Source of the DNA: Candidatus Velthaea sp.
GTDB lineage: Bacteria; Vulcanimicrobiota; Vulcanimicrobiia; Vulcanimicrobiales; Vulcanimicrobiaceae
DNA: 64,000 nt
Assembly (NCBI GenBank): GCA_965214935.1
Contig: CBDCCS010000021.1
Span: forward strand, 288,001-352,000
Direction: 5' to 3'
Made by a program: the position numbers and the translations under genes. Of this stretch, positions 1-8,881 are shown one piece after another. Within the stretch, counting starts at the first letter, position 1, and every line of letters starts with the position of its first letter. Below the pieces are notes generated by a model. It was not told where the DNA came from. It saw only the letters and a list, made by a program, of their open reading frames with translations, and did not search any database.

Positions 1-1
1 G

Positions 2-190
2 CGACTCGACCTCGACCTCGTCTGGGCGGAAATTGCACTCGCCGCCGTGACCGGCGCGGGATGTTTTGCCGCCATCGTTTTGCTCGAACGCGCGATTTTG
101 TTTTGGCATCCGTCATTCATGCGCACTGCACTGGAAAACGTTCGTCGGAGAAGCACCCCAACGTTCGTAGGAGAAGCACCACAACAATGA
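2..190 (+). CDS. ABC transporter permease, C-terminal fragment (5'-truncated by the window edge), probably pyrimidine/nucleobase uptake
   Basis: Manual translation of frame 2 gives RLDLDLVWAEIALAAVTGAGCFAAIVLLERAILFWHPSF..., a hydrophobic helix followed by the LER...FWHPS ending typical of NitT/TauT permeases. Its TGA (188-190) overlaps the next ATG (ATGA). Confidence 0.75.
   Translation, partial: RLDLDLVWAEIALAAVTGAGCFAAIVLLERAILFWHPSFMRTALENVRRRSTPTFVGEAPQQ
137..180 (+). repeat. Tandem 21-bp direct repeat (period 23) AACGTTCGT(C/A)GGAGAAGCACC containing the RBS
   Basis: Copies at 137-157 and 160-180 differ at one position; the second carries AGGAG upstream of ATG 187. Confidence 0.85.
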
Positions 191-1185
191 AGAAATTTTT
201 GCTCGGAATTGCATGCGTCTTCGCTTCGACGTGGAGTTGCGCACAAGCCGCCGACCACGTGACGATTCAACTCAAGTGGGTCGCGCAGGCGCAATTCGCC
301 GGATATTATGTCGCGCAAGCCAAGGGCTTCTATAAAGCGGCCAATCTCGACGTTACGATCAAGCCGGGCGGTCCCGATATCAACCCGTCTCAAGTCATGG
401 CCGGCGGGGGCGCCGACGTCGACGTCGACTGGATGCCGTCTGCGCTGGCGGCGCGCGAAAAAGGCGTGCCGCTCGTCAACATCGCGCAAGTGTTTCAGAA
501 ATCCGGCATGGAACTGACGTGCCGAAACGACAGCGGCGTCAAATCACCCGCCGACTTCAAAGGCAAAACCCTCGGGGTTTGGTTTTCCGGCAACGAGTAT
601 CCATTTTTGGCCTGGATGAGCAAGCTTAACGATCCGACCACGGGCGGAGCGGACGGCGTGAACGTGCTCAAGCAGGGTTTCAACGTCGATCCGCTCTTGC
701 AAAAACAAGCCGCCTGCATTTCGACGATGACCTACAACGAGTACTGGCAACTCATCGAAGCGGGGATGAAGCCCGAGCAACTAACGGTTTTCAAGTACGA
801 AAACCAAGGCGTTGCTACGCTCGAAGACGGCCTGTATACAACGGAATCGGAATTGAAAGACCCGGCGTCCGCCGACAAACTGGCGCGCTTCGTCAAAGCA
901 TCGATGCAAGGCTGGCAATATGCCATCGCCCATCAAGATGAAGCCGTAAAAATTGTTTTGGCCAACGATACCGCGGGCTCGCAAACAGCCGAACATCAAA
1001 CGCGCATGATGTCCGAAATCGCCAAACTCGTGGCAGGCAGCGGACACGGGATCGGCTACCTGGACGACGCCGCCGCCAATCGTACGGTGCAGGTGCTCAT
1101 GGCCGGCAAGAGCGAGCCGGTCATTACGAAGAAACCAGCCGGTGCCTGGACTCATGCTATTTGGGACAAGGCCGAACGCACGTAG
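187..1185 (+). CDS. ABC transporter substrate-binding protein, NMT1/THI5-like (pyrimidine uptake)
   Basis: Signal peptide MKKFLLGIACVFASTWSCAQA; LKWVAQAQFAGYYVA motif; next to pyrimidine degradation genes. Start reassigned to ATG 187, which has an AGGAG RBS. Confidence 0.88.
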   Translation: MKKFLLGIACVFASTWSCAQAADHVTIQLKWVAQAQFAGYYVAQAKGFYKAANLDVTIKPGGPDINPSQVMAGGGADVDVDWMPSALAAREKGVPLVNIAQVFQKSGMELTCRNDSGVKSPADFKGKTLGVWFSGNEYPFLAWMSKLNDPTTGGADGVNVLKQGFNVDPLLQKQAACISTMTYNEYWQLIEAGMKPEQLTVFKYENQGVATLEDGLYTTESELKDPASADKLARFVKASMQGWQYAIAHQDEAVKIVLANDTAGSQTAEHQTRMMSEIAKLVAGSGHGIGYLDDAAANRTVQVLMAGKSEPVITKKPAGAWTHAIWDKAERT

Positions 1186-1250
1186 TTTCAATCGAGGGTT
1201 GTGCCGTCGCGCGGCGGGCGCCGGGGCAGCGCTGACATGCAAGTGCACCC

Positions 1251-1661
1251 GTGACCGAGCGGCACCTCGGCGTCTGGAGTTTGCAGCGCTCGATTGTCGA
1301 TCTGCAAACCGGCGCGACGTTCGCTTGCCGCGGTCAAGCTTGTTTGATTCGCGATGCCGGCGAGCTGCGCTACGACGAAGCCGTGATCCTCACGCTCAAC
1401 GGAGCTGAAGTAAAAGCAACGCAGACCTACCGCTATCGCCGAAGCGGTGCACGGATCACCGCGCGCTTTGCCGACGGCCGAATGTTTTTTGTTACGACGC
1501 TGGCGCCGGATGGATCGGCAACAGCGCTGCACTATTGCGCGCAGGACGTCTACGTTGGAACGTTCGCATTAAGCGACGATCGCTGGGCCGCTCATTGGGC
1601 AGTCAGCGGGACGAAGTCGCTGCACATTCATACCGCTTACACGCGCGGCGAAATCACATAG
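1251..1661 (+). CDS. DUF6314-like hypothetical protein
   Basis: GxWxLxRxI N-terminus, F.DGR.F and H.C..D.Y motifs, and a W.V.G..K C-terminal pattern resembling DUF6314. Confidence 0.65.
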   Translation: MTERHLGVWSLQRSIVDLQTGATFACRGQACLIRDAGELRYDEAVILTLNGAEVKATQTYRYRRSGARITARFADGRMFFVTTLAPDGSATALHYCAQDVYVGTFALSDDRWAAHWAVSGTKSLHIHTAYTRGEIT

Positions 1662-1664
1662 CGG

Positions 1665-2558
1665 TCACACCTCGACCATCGCGCCGTACGTTTCAGGACG
1701 CCGGTCACGATAAAATTGCCACGTGTTGCGGACCTCGGTGATAATCGAGCGATCCATCTCACCGATCACCACTTCGTCGCGATCGCGGGTCGCGGTTGCA
1801 ACGAATTGTCCGCGCGGATCGACTAAATACGATTGCCCGTAAAATTCGCCCATATTCCACGGACCCTCGAAGCCGACCCGATTGATCGCGCCGACATAGT
1901 AGCCGTTCGCCACGGCGTGTGCGGGTTGTTCGAGCTTCCACAAGTATTCCGATAGCCCGGCGACGGTCGCACTCGGGTTAAAGACGATTTCGGCGCCCGC
2001 GAGACCGAGCATCCGCGCGCCTTCGGGAAAATGCCGATCGTAACAAATGTATACGCCGACCTTGGCAAACCGGGTTGCAAAAACAGGATAACCACTGTTG
2101 CCCGGTTTGAAATAATACTTCTCCCAGAAACCGCAGCCTTGCGGCCCGGCGGCGACTTGGGGGATGTGATGCTTGCGATAGCGGCCGAGAAACGTGCCGT
2201 CGGCATCGATCACCGCGGCGGTGTTATAGTACACCCCAGCGATGGTCACCTCGTAGATCGGCACGATCAATACGACGGCGAGTTCACGCGCTAGATCTTG
2301 CATCGAGCGCGTCGTCGGACCGTCGGGTATTTGCTCGGTTGCCGCATACCATTTCGGATTCTGTTCGGTGCAAAAATACGGCCCGTAGAACAACTCTTGG
2401 AGGCAGATAATTTGCGCACCGCGCGAAGCGGCTTCGCGGATGAGACCCACGTGTTTTTCTATCGCGCGCGCTTTATGCACCTCGACGGGCTGCGAACCGT
2501 CGGTCTCGTGATGCGTCTGAACCAGGCCGATACGCACCACATCGCTCGCAGCACTCAT
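1665..2558 (-). CDS. Beta-ureidopropionase (nitrilase/carbon-nitrogen hydrolase family)
   Basis: Catalytic triad motifs CLQELF, YRKHHIP and ICYDRHFPE; last gene of the reductive pyrimidine operon; start overlaps the hydA stop. Confidence 0.9.
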   Translation of the reverse strand: MSAASDVVRIGLVQTHHETDGSQPVEVHKARAIEKHVGLIREAASRGAQIICLQELFYGPYFCTEQNPKWYAATEQIPDGPTTRSMQDLARELAVVLIVPIYEVTIAGVYYNTAAVIDADGTFLGRYRKHHIPQVAAGPQGCGFWEKYYFKPGNSGYPVFATRFAKVGVYICYDRHFPEGARMLGLAGAEIVFNPSATVAGLSEYLWKLEQPAHAVANGYYVGAINRVGFEGPWNMGEFYGQSYLVDPRGQFVATATRDRDEVVIGEMDRSIITEVRNTWQFYRDRRPETYGAMVEV

Positions 2559-3958
2559 AGGGCCACCGGAAAAAACGGCTGTGATTTGACGAACGCGCCG
2601 GCACCGATCTCGCCGCTAAATTTCGCTTCTTGTACGATCGCGCGTCCGCGCGAGAATACGTGGCGAGCTTGTCCCTTCACGTGTAGTCCTTCAAAGATGT
2701 TGTTATCGACATTCATGTGATGGCTTGCGGCCGAGATCGTGCGTTCGATTGCCGGATCCCAAATGACGATATCGGCGTCCGAGCCGATCGCTATCGTTCC
2801 TTTGCGCGGAAACAGACCGAACAACTTCGCGGCATTGGTCGACACGAGTGATACAAAATGATTGATTCCGATAACGCCGGCATTGAATCCGTAATGCCAG
2901 AGAATCGAGAACCGGTCTTCGATCGTCGGCGCACCGTTCGGAATTTTTGAAAAGTCGTTCTTGCCCAGCTCTTTTTGTCCGCAATTATTGAACGAGCAAT
3001 GATCCGAACCGAACGTCTGCAGCTCGAAGTTTTTGAGTTTGCGCAAGAGCACGTCTTGATTCCATTTCGGGCGTAACGGCGGCGACATCACGTAATTTGC
3101 ACCGGCGAAATCCGGCCGCGCGTAATCTTCTTCCGAACAGACGAGATATTGCGGGCATGTCTCGCCGTAGATCGGCAGACCGCGTTTGCGGCCGTCACTG
3201 ATCGCATCGGCGGCCATCGCACTCGACACGTGTACGACGTACAGCGGCGCGCCGGCAACTTCGGCCAGCCGGATCGCGCGGTGCGTCGCTTCGCCTTCGA
3301 GTTCGACGGGCCGGGTCAGAGCGTGCCAAAGCGGCTCGGTGTGCCCCTCCGCAAGCGCGTCTTTGGTGGTCACCTCGATGACGTCGCCGTTCTCGGCGTG
3401 AACTTGCACGAGACCGCCGAACTTCTTGGCGGCCTTGAGCACCTTGAAAATCGTTTCATCATCGACTTGCAGGATGTGTTTGTAGGCCATAAAGACCTTG
3501 AAAGAATTCACGCCCTCTTGCCCGATCATCGTCTCGATTTCGGCGATCGTCTCGTCGCGGCCGTCGGCGATCGTCAGATGAAAGGCATAGTCGATGGCCG
3601 CTTTTCCGGCAGCTTTCTTCTTCCAGATCGCGAGTGTATTGGCGAGCGAGTCGCCCTTGGTATGCATCGCGAAATCGACGATCGCAGTGGTGCCGCCCAA
3701 GGCCGCGGCGACCGTGCCGGTTGCAAAATCGTCGGCGGTTACCGTGCCGCCGAACGGCATGTCGAGATGCGTGTGCGGATCGATTCCACCGGGGAAAACA
3801 TAGCATCCGACGGCATCGACCGTCGTATGCTGCGTCGCATCGAGCGCATTGCCGAGCGCGGTGATCTTGCCGTCTTCCATCAAGACGTCCGCGTGCATAA
3901 CGTCGGTCGCGGTAACGATGGTACCGCCGCGAATCATAGTTCCGATAAGCGCCCCCAA
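2555..3958 (-). CDS. hydA: Dihydropyrimidinase (D-hydantoinase); exact start uncertain (3937-3958)
   Basis: PGGIDPHTHLD metal motif, SFKVFMAY (carbamylated Lys), HAENG, GSDHCSF and KIPNG motifs. Confidence 0.93.
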   Translation of the reverse strand: MGALIGTMIRGGTIVTATDVMHADVLMEDGKITALGNALDATQHTTVDAVGCYVFPGGIDPHTHLDMPFGGTVTADDFATGTVAAALGGTTAIVDFAMHTKGDSLANTLAIWKKKAAGKAAIDYAFHLTIADGRDETIAEIETMIGQEGVNSFKVFMAYKHILQVDDETIFKVLKAAKKFGGLVQVHAENGDVIEVTTKDALAEGHTEPLWHALTRPVELEGEATHRAIRLAEVAGAPLYVVHVSSAMAADAISDGRKRGLPIYGETCPQYLVCSEEDYARPDFAGANYVMSPPLRPKWNQDVLLRKLKNFELQTFGSDHCSFNNCGQKELGKNDFSKIPNGAPTIEDRFSILWHYGFNAGVIGINHFVSLVSTNAAKLFGLFPRKGTIAIGSDADIVIWDPAIERTISAASHHMNVDNNIFEGLHVKGQARHVFSRGRAIVQEAKFSGEIGAGAFVKSQPFFPVAL

Positions 3959-3990
3959 AAAGTGTCGCGCCGATTCCGGCGCCCTGACCG

Positions 3991-4317
3991 CTAGGCGGGT
4001 CGAACGGAGGTTTGCAGCAACGTCCCGCTAGCGCTCACGACTTCGGCACGCAGCCGGTTTGCATACAGTTCGGCAATCTCGAGATTTGTCGTCGCGACGA
4101 TCCCGCTGCCGAAGAAATCAACTTCTTTGGCTTTAAGTTCCGCGTCACGCGCACCGCAGCCGACGATGCGCATCAATCCGAAAATCACGTCATCGAAGGT
4201 ATGACAGCTGCAATTATGCACGACCGTATGGTAAAGCGGCATCGGCTCCGGCCGGATCTTCATTGCCTCGAGCGTGCGTGTTTTTATCGACACGCGTTTT
4301 TCTTTTCTCAGTTCCAT
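3991..4317 (-). CDS. clpS: ATP-dependent Clp protease adaptor ClpS-family protein (variant binding pocket)
   Basis: Y-x-x-V-V-H-N-x-x-x-H-T-F-D-D-V and A..K..EV...G.G.V.T...E.AE.Y pattern of the ClpS core; NCSC replaces the usual NDD. Confidence 0.7.
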   Translation of the reverse strand: MELRKEKRVSIKTRTLEAMKIRPEPMPLYHTVVHNCSCHTFDDVIFGLMRIVGCGARDAELKAKEVDFFGSGIVATTNLEIAELYANRLRAEVVSASGTLLQTSVRPA

Positions 4318-4789
4318 GAATGAGACCTGGAATCGCGCGTCTCAAATGCGAGCAGCGCCGCGCGCATCGAGCCCGGCGGAGCGCCCTTGATCTTGCCGTC
4401 GGCGCCGACGACCCGATGGGCCGGAATGAACAACGCAAACGGCGCGCTTGCCATCGCTCGGGCGACGCCGCGGTGAGCCATCGGACGATCGACGGCGCGG
4501 GCGACCTCAGCGTACGAAACACGCACACCGAACGGATCGTCACCACAGCGCTCCAGACCGCAAGCTCGAACGGCGACCCGGCCAACGACAACGGGAGATC
4601 GAAGACCGCAAGCTGCTTGCGCATGTACGCGTTAAGTTGGCGTAGCGTTTCTCGCATGAGTGCCGAGCGCGCTTCGGCACAGCCGTCACCGGCGACGGTG
4701 CAATCGACCCACGAACTTGCGGTGATCCGATCGGCTGCAAATTCGACGGCCAACGATTTGCCGAACGGCGTCGGCGCGACGACGCGCAT
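4308..4789 (-). pseudogene. Ogt/MGMT-family alkyltransferase-like (ATL, PAHRV) gene, split by a single-base frameshift near 4534
   Basis: N-half ...[23 protein letters not shown] and C-half (P)[14 protein letters not shown]...[23 protein letters not shown] lie in different frames. Minus strand reads ATC CG TTC where ATC CCG TTC would restore the frame. Confidence 0.8.
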
Positions 4790-4796
4790 GGCGGCG

Positions 4797-6056
4797 TCAG
4801 AGTGCCGCCGGCGTCAGACTTCGGTCGCGCCACGTCGTGGCATGACTGCCGTCGTCGACGCGTACCATTGTAATGCAATCTTCGACCGGGCAAACCATCT
4901 GACAGAGATTGCAACCGACGCAGTGTTCGCCGTCGACGACCAGCGTCGTCGAGCCGGCCGGATCGCGCAGCCGGTCGATGCATTGGTGCGCCGCATCCTC
5001 ACACGCGATGAAACATTTATTACAACTGATGCATAGCGCCGGATCGATACTCGCAACGACACGATAGTCGAGATTCAAGTCGTTCCAGCTGCCGAATTGC
5101 GGCACGCTCTTGCCGACGAGTTCACGCACCGAGTGCATGTTGCGCTCGTCCAAATAGTTCGATAGCCCGTCGATGAGATCTTCGACGATACCGAAGCCGT
5201 GATGCATCACCGACGTGCAAACCTGCACGGTACTCGAACCCATGAGCATGAATTCGGCTGCGTCTTGCCAGGACGCGATTCCGCCGATACCGCTGATCGG
5301 GACGTTGACGTTGGGGTCGCCCGCGCAGTCGGCGACCATGTTGAGCGCGATCGGCTTGACGGCCGGACCGCAGTAGCCGCCGTGCGCTCCGCGTCCATCA
5401 ACGTGCGGAATCGTATTCCACGATTGCAAATCGACACCGATCAGACTATTGATCGTATTGATCATGCTTACGGCATGCGCGCCGCCCCGTACGGCCGCAC
5501 GAGCCGCAACGCGCACGTCCGTGATATTGGGCGTTAATTTAACGATCACCGGAACGCGCGCTACTTCGACGACCCAGCGCGTGCACAGCTCGATGAGCTC
5601 GGGGTCTTGACCGACAGCCGAACCCATGCCGCGTTCGGACATGCCGTGCGGGCAGCCGAAATTCAACTCGAAGCCGTCGATGGGCACCGCTTGAACGGCA
5701 TGCACGAGTTCGTGCCAGCGCTCGCGCTTCATCTCCATCATCAGCGAGGCGACGATCGCGCGGTCGGGATACGCCGCTTTGCATTCGGCGATTTCGCGCA
5801 GATTGTCGGCGAGCGGACGATCGGTGATGAGCTCGATGTTGTTCATGCCCATCATGCGCGCGTTGCCGTAGCCGATCCCGGCAAAGCGCGACGTAACATT
5901 GACGATCGGATCGCCTAGAGTTTTCCAAACGGCTCCGCCCCAGCCGGCCTTGAACGCGCGCATAACTTGATAACCGCTATTGGTCGGCGGCGCCGAGGCA
6001 AGCCAAAACGGATTCGGCGAACGAATTCCGGCCAGATCGCTTGATAAATCAGCCAT
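4797..6056 (-). CDS. preA: NAD-dependent dihydropyrimidine dehydrogenase subunit PreA
   Basis: NPFWLASAPP, ELNFGCPHGM and KLTPN motifs, plus two C-terminal 4Fe-4S motifs (CISCNKC, CVGCNLC). Start ATG 6056 is coupled to the preT stop (TAATG). Confidence 0.93.
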   Translation of the reverse strand: MADLSSDLAGIRSPNPFWLASAPPTNSGYQVMRAFKAGWGGAVWKTLGDPIVNVTSRFAGIGYGNARMMGMNNIELITDRPLADNLREIAECKAAYPDRAIVASLMMEMKRERWHELVHAVQAVPIDGFELNFGCPHGMSERGMGSAVGQDPELIELCTRWVVEVARVPVIVKLTPNITDVRVAARAAVRGGAHAVSMINTINSLIGVDLQSWNTIPHVDGRGAHGGYCGPAVKPIALNMVADCAGDPNVNVPISGIGGIASWQDAAEFMLMGSSTVQVCTSVMHHGFGIVEDLIDGLSNYLDERNMHSVRELVGKSVPQFGSWNDLNLDYRVVASIDPALCISCNKCFIACEDAAHQCIDRLRDPAGSTTLVVDGEHCVGCNLCQMVCPVEDCITMVRVDDGSHATTWRDRSLTPAAL

Positions 6057-7363
6057 TACGCGGCGACTCCGCGAAAGGCGCGATCGACGTTTGCCGCGAC
6101 GAGCTTTCCCTGTTGCGCCGCGACGACGACCATCGCGTCGGTCATGCCGCTGCGAAAGATGCAATCACCTGCCGCGTAGACGCGCGGATTCGACGTTAGG
6201 AAATGCTCGTTGACGACCGGGATGCCGCGCTCGTCGCGTACGCCGAAATCGGCGAACATCGCACTCAATTTGGATTGGCCGATCGCACGCACCACCGTAT
6301 CGACTTCGACGGTTTCTTGCGTGCCCGGTACGATAACCGGGGTGCCGTCGATCACCATGCTTTGCGCAAAGGTAATCGAGGTGACCGTGCCGTCGAGACC
6401 GTCGATCCGCGTCGGTATGCGGTGAAAACGGAATGCGACGCCTTCGCTGCGCGCAAACGCAATTTCAAATGGATAGGCCGTCATTTCGGACGCCGCGCGG
6501 CGGTACCAAATCGTTACGAATTCGGCGCCGAGACGGCGCGCCGACGTTGCGGCATCGATCGCCGTGTTTCCGGCGCCGATGACGGCAACACGCTGTCCGA
6601 GTGCAATCGGACGGCCGAATTTCGCCCGCTCGATCAAGTGTAGTGCGTCCTCGACGCCCGCCAGCTCTTCACCCGGAACGTTCAGTGCCGGAACGCTGCC
6701 CATGCCGACGGCCAGCACGACGGCATCGAACGTATCGAGCACGTGTTGCGGCGAAATATCCGAACCGACCGTTACGCCGCTGCGCAACTCGACGCCGAGC
6801 CGCACGATCTGCGCGGCTTCCCAGCGCGCAACTTGGACCGGCAGCCGAAACGGTACGATTCCATATGTATTGAGGCCGCCGGCTTCGGGCCGGCGATCGA
6901 ACAACGTGACGGCATGGCCGGCACGAGCGAGTTCGCGCGCGGCCGACAGCCCGGCCGGACCGGCTCCGATGATGGCGACGCGCTTGCCGCTCGGCGGTCC
7001 GGCGGTGAACAGCTCGCGGTCGTTTGCCATCAGCCAATCGATCGCGTAGCGCTGCAGATCGCCGATCCGGATCGGCGTCGCGTCGGCGGCATACACGCAC
7101 GCGCCTTCACACAGTTCTTCGGTCGGACAAACCCGCGCACAACTGGCGCCTAGCGGGTTCGCATGTAAAATCGTCCGCGCACTGCCGACCATATTATCGG
7201 TCGTGATTTTCTTAATGAAAGCCGGAATGTCGATTCCGGTCGGACATGCAGCGATGCATGGTGCGTCGTAACACGCTAAACATCGGTTCGCCTCGATCAG
7301 CGCTTCCATCCGTGAGAGCGGCGCGGTTACGGGCGCACCAAGTGACGACTCTTCCAAGCTCAC
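6056..7363 (-). CDS. preT: Dihydropyrimidine dehydrogenase subunit PreT (GltD-like flavoprotein); start approximate
   Basis: EANRCLACYDAPC, CARVCPTEELCEGAC, GAGPAG and GAGNTAID motifs; directly upstream of preA. Confidence 0.9.
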   Translation of the reverse strand: MSLEESSLGAPVTAPLSRMEALIEANRCLACYDAPCIAACPTGIDIPAFIKKITTDNMVGSARTILHANPLGASCARVCPTEELCEGACVYAADATPIRIGDLQRYAIDWLMANDRELFTAGPPSGKRVAIIGAGPAGLSAARELARAGHAVTLFDRRPEAGGLNTYGIVPFRLPVQVARWEAAQIVRLGVELRSGVTVGSDISPQHVLDTFDAVVLAVGMGSVPALNVPGEELAGVEDALHLIERAKFGRPIALGQRVAVIGAGNTAIDAATSARRLGAEFVTIWYRRAASEMTAYPFEIAFARSEGVAFRFHRIPTRIDGLDGTVTSITFAQSMVIDGTPVIVPGTQETVEVDTVVRAIGQSKLSAMFADFGVRDERGIPVVNEHFLTSNPRVYAAGDCIFRSGMTDAMVVVAAQQGKLVAANVDRAFRGVAA

Positions 7364-7444
7364 CTCAACAAAAGAAGTACCGAGAATAGCGCGAACGGGA
7401 CGATCGGCGCAAGAGCACATACAACGTGCCGAGAACTCGGCTGG

Positions 7445-8881
7445 ATGTGGCAAACCGTTCTCCGGCCCGCGACCGTGCCTGCCGCCTTAACCGAACTTGC
7501 GCGATCGGAACGCGTAGCGCGGATCGTCGCCGGCGGAACCGACGTGCTCGTCGAGCTGCAGCGTGGTATCAAACCGGCACAGACGCTCATCGACATCTCG
7601 GGCTTGCGCGACCTCAAGTACGTGCGCCACGAGGGTCCTTTCGTCGCACTCGGTGGCCTCGCAACGCACAACGACGTGCTGGCCGCACCGTTCGCGCGAA
7701 GTGCGGCCTTACCGTTGGCGCAGGCCTGCATCGAAGTCGGTGCGCCGCAAATTCGGTCGCGCGCGACCATCGCCGGTAACGTTGCAACGGGGTCGCCCGC
7801 CAACGACACTATCGCGCCGTTATTGGCACTCGACGCAACCCTTATTCTCGCGAGCGTATCCGGTGAACGCGCCGTTCCGATCGCCGATTTCTATCCCGGC
7901 TTCCGCACGACGGTGCTACGGCCCGACGAACTCATTCGCGAAATCCGTTTCTCGGCGCTCACGACCCGCCGGCGCGGCATCTTTCTCAAGCTCGGCTTAC
8001 GTGGAGCACAAGCGATCTCGGTCATCGACGTCGCATTCGTGTTGACGTTTGCCGACGACGGGACGGTCGCCGATGCACGCATTGCGCTCGGTTGCCTTGC
8101 GCCGACCGTCGTACGAGCTTACTCGGCGGAGAGCGTCCTGATCGGTCATGCCCTCGACGGCCGGCGCTGCGTCCTCGCCGCCGAAGCCGCCGCGACGGAT
8201 GCGGCACCCATCTCGGACGTGCGCGGGTCCGCCGGCTATCGCAGCACGACGTTACGTGCGCTCGTTCGCAGCGGTCTCGAGCGTCTTGCCGACGGTCGGG
8301 AGGCCGACGGGTATCCCGCCCAACCGGTCCTCTTGCAGACCCGCCCGCAGAGCGACCCGGCACGAAGCCGCGCCTTGCCGTTTGATGGCGACGTCACTGC
8401 GACGATCAACGGCGAACGCCGCAAATTGCCCGGCGTCGGCCGCAAAACGCTCTTGAACGCGCTGCGCGACGATGCGGGTTTGACCGGCGCGAAAGAAGGC
8501 TGCGGCGAAGGTGAGTGCGGCGCTTGCACGGTCTGGCTCGACGGTGCGGCCGTGATGTCATGCCTGGTACCGGCGGCGCAGGCCGACGGCGCGACCATTA
8601 CGACGATCGAAGGTCTGGCCGACGGTGATACGCTGCATCCGTTGCAGCAAGCCTATATCGATTGTGGCGCCGTGCAATGCGGCTTCTGCATCCCGGGGAT
8701 GATCATGGCCGGTGCAAAGCTGCTCGAAGAACGGCACGCGCCGGATCTCGCCGAGCAGCAAGCTGCCATTAGCGGTAACCTGTGCCGCTGCACCGGCTAT
8801 CGCAAAATCCTCGATGCAATGACCGCAACGGCGCATGTGCTCGCCGAGTACGAGCCGCTACCGGCAGCCGTTCGCGTATGA
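7445..8881 (+). CDS. Xanthine dehydrogenase-family FAD-binding subunit fused to a C-terminal 2x[2Fe-2S] subunit
   Basis: AGGTD, QIRSRATIAGN and SDVRGSAGYR (FAD part), then GCGEGECGACTV, QCGFC and NLCRCTGY (FeS part). Confidence 0.88.
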   Translation: MWQTVLRPATVPAALTELARSERVARIVAGGTDVLVELQRGIKPAQTLIDISGLRDLKYVRHEGPFVALGGLATHNDVLAAPFARSAALPLAQACIEVGAPQIRSRATIAGNVATGSPANDTIAPLLALDATLILASVSGERAVPIADFYPGFRTTVLRPDELIREIRFSALTTRRRGIFLKLGLRGAQAISVIDVAFVLTFADDGTVADARIALGCLAPTVVRAYSAESVLIGHALDGRRCVLAAEAAATDAAPISDVRGSAGYRSTTLRALVRSGLERLADGREADGYPAQPVLLQTRPQSDPARSRALPFDGDVTATINGERRKLPGVGRKTLLNALRDDAGLTGAKEGCGEGECGACTVWLDGAAVMSCLVPAAQADGATITTIEGLADGDTLHPLQQAYIDCGAVQCGFCIPGMIMAGAKLLEERHAPDLAEQQAAISGNLCRCTGYRKILDAMTATAHVLAEYEPLPAAVRV

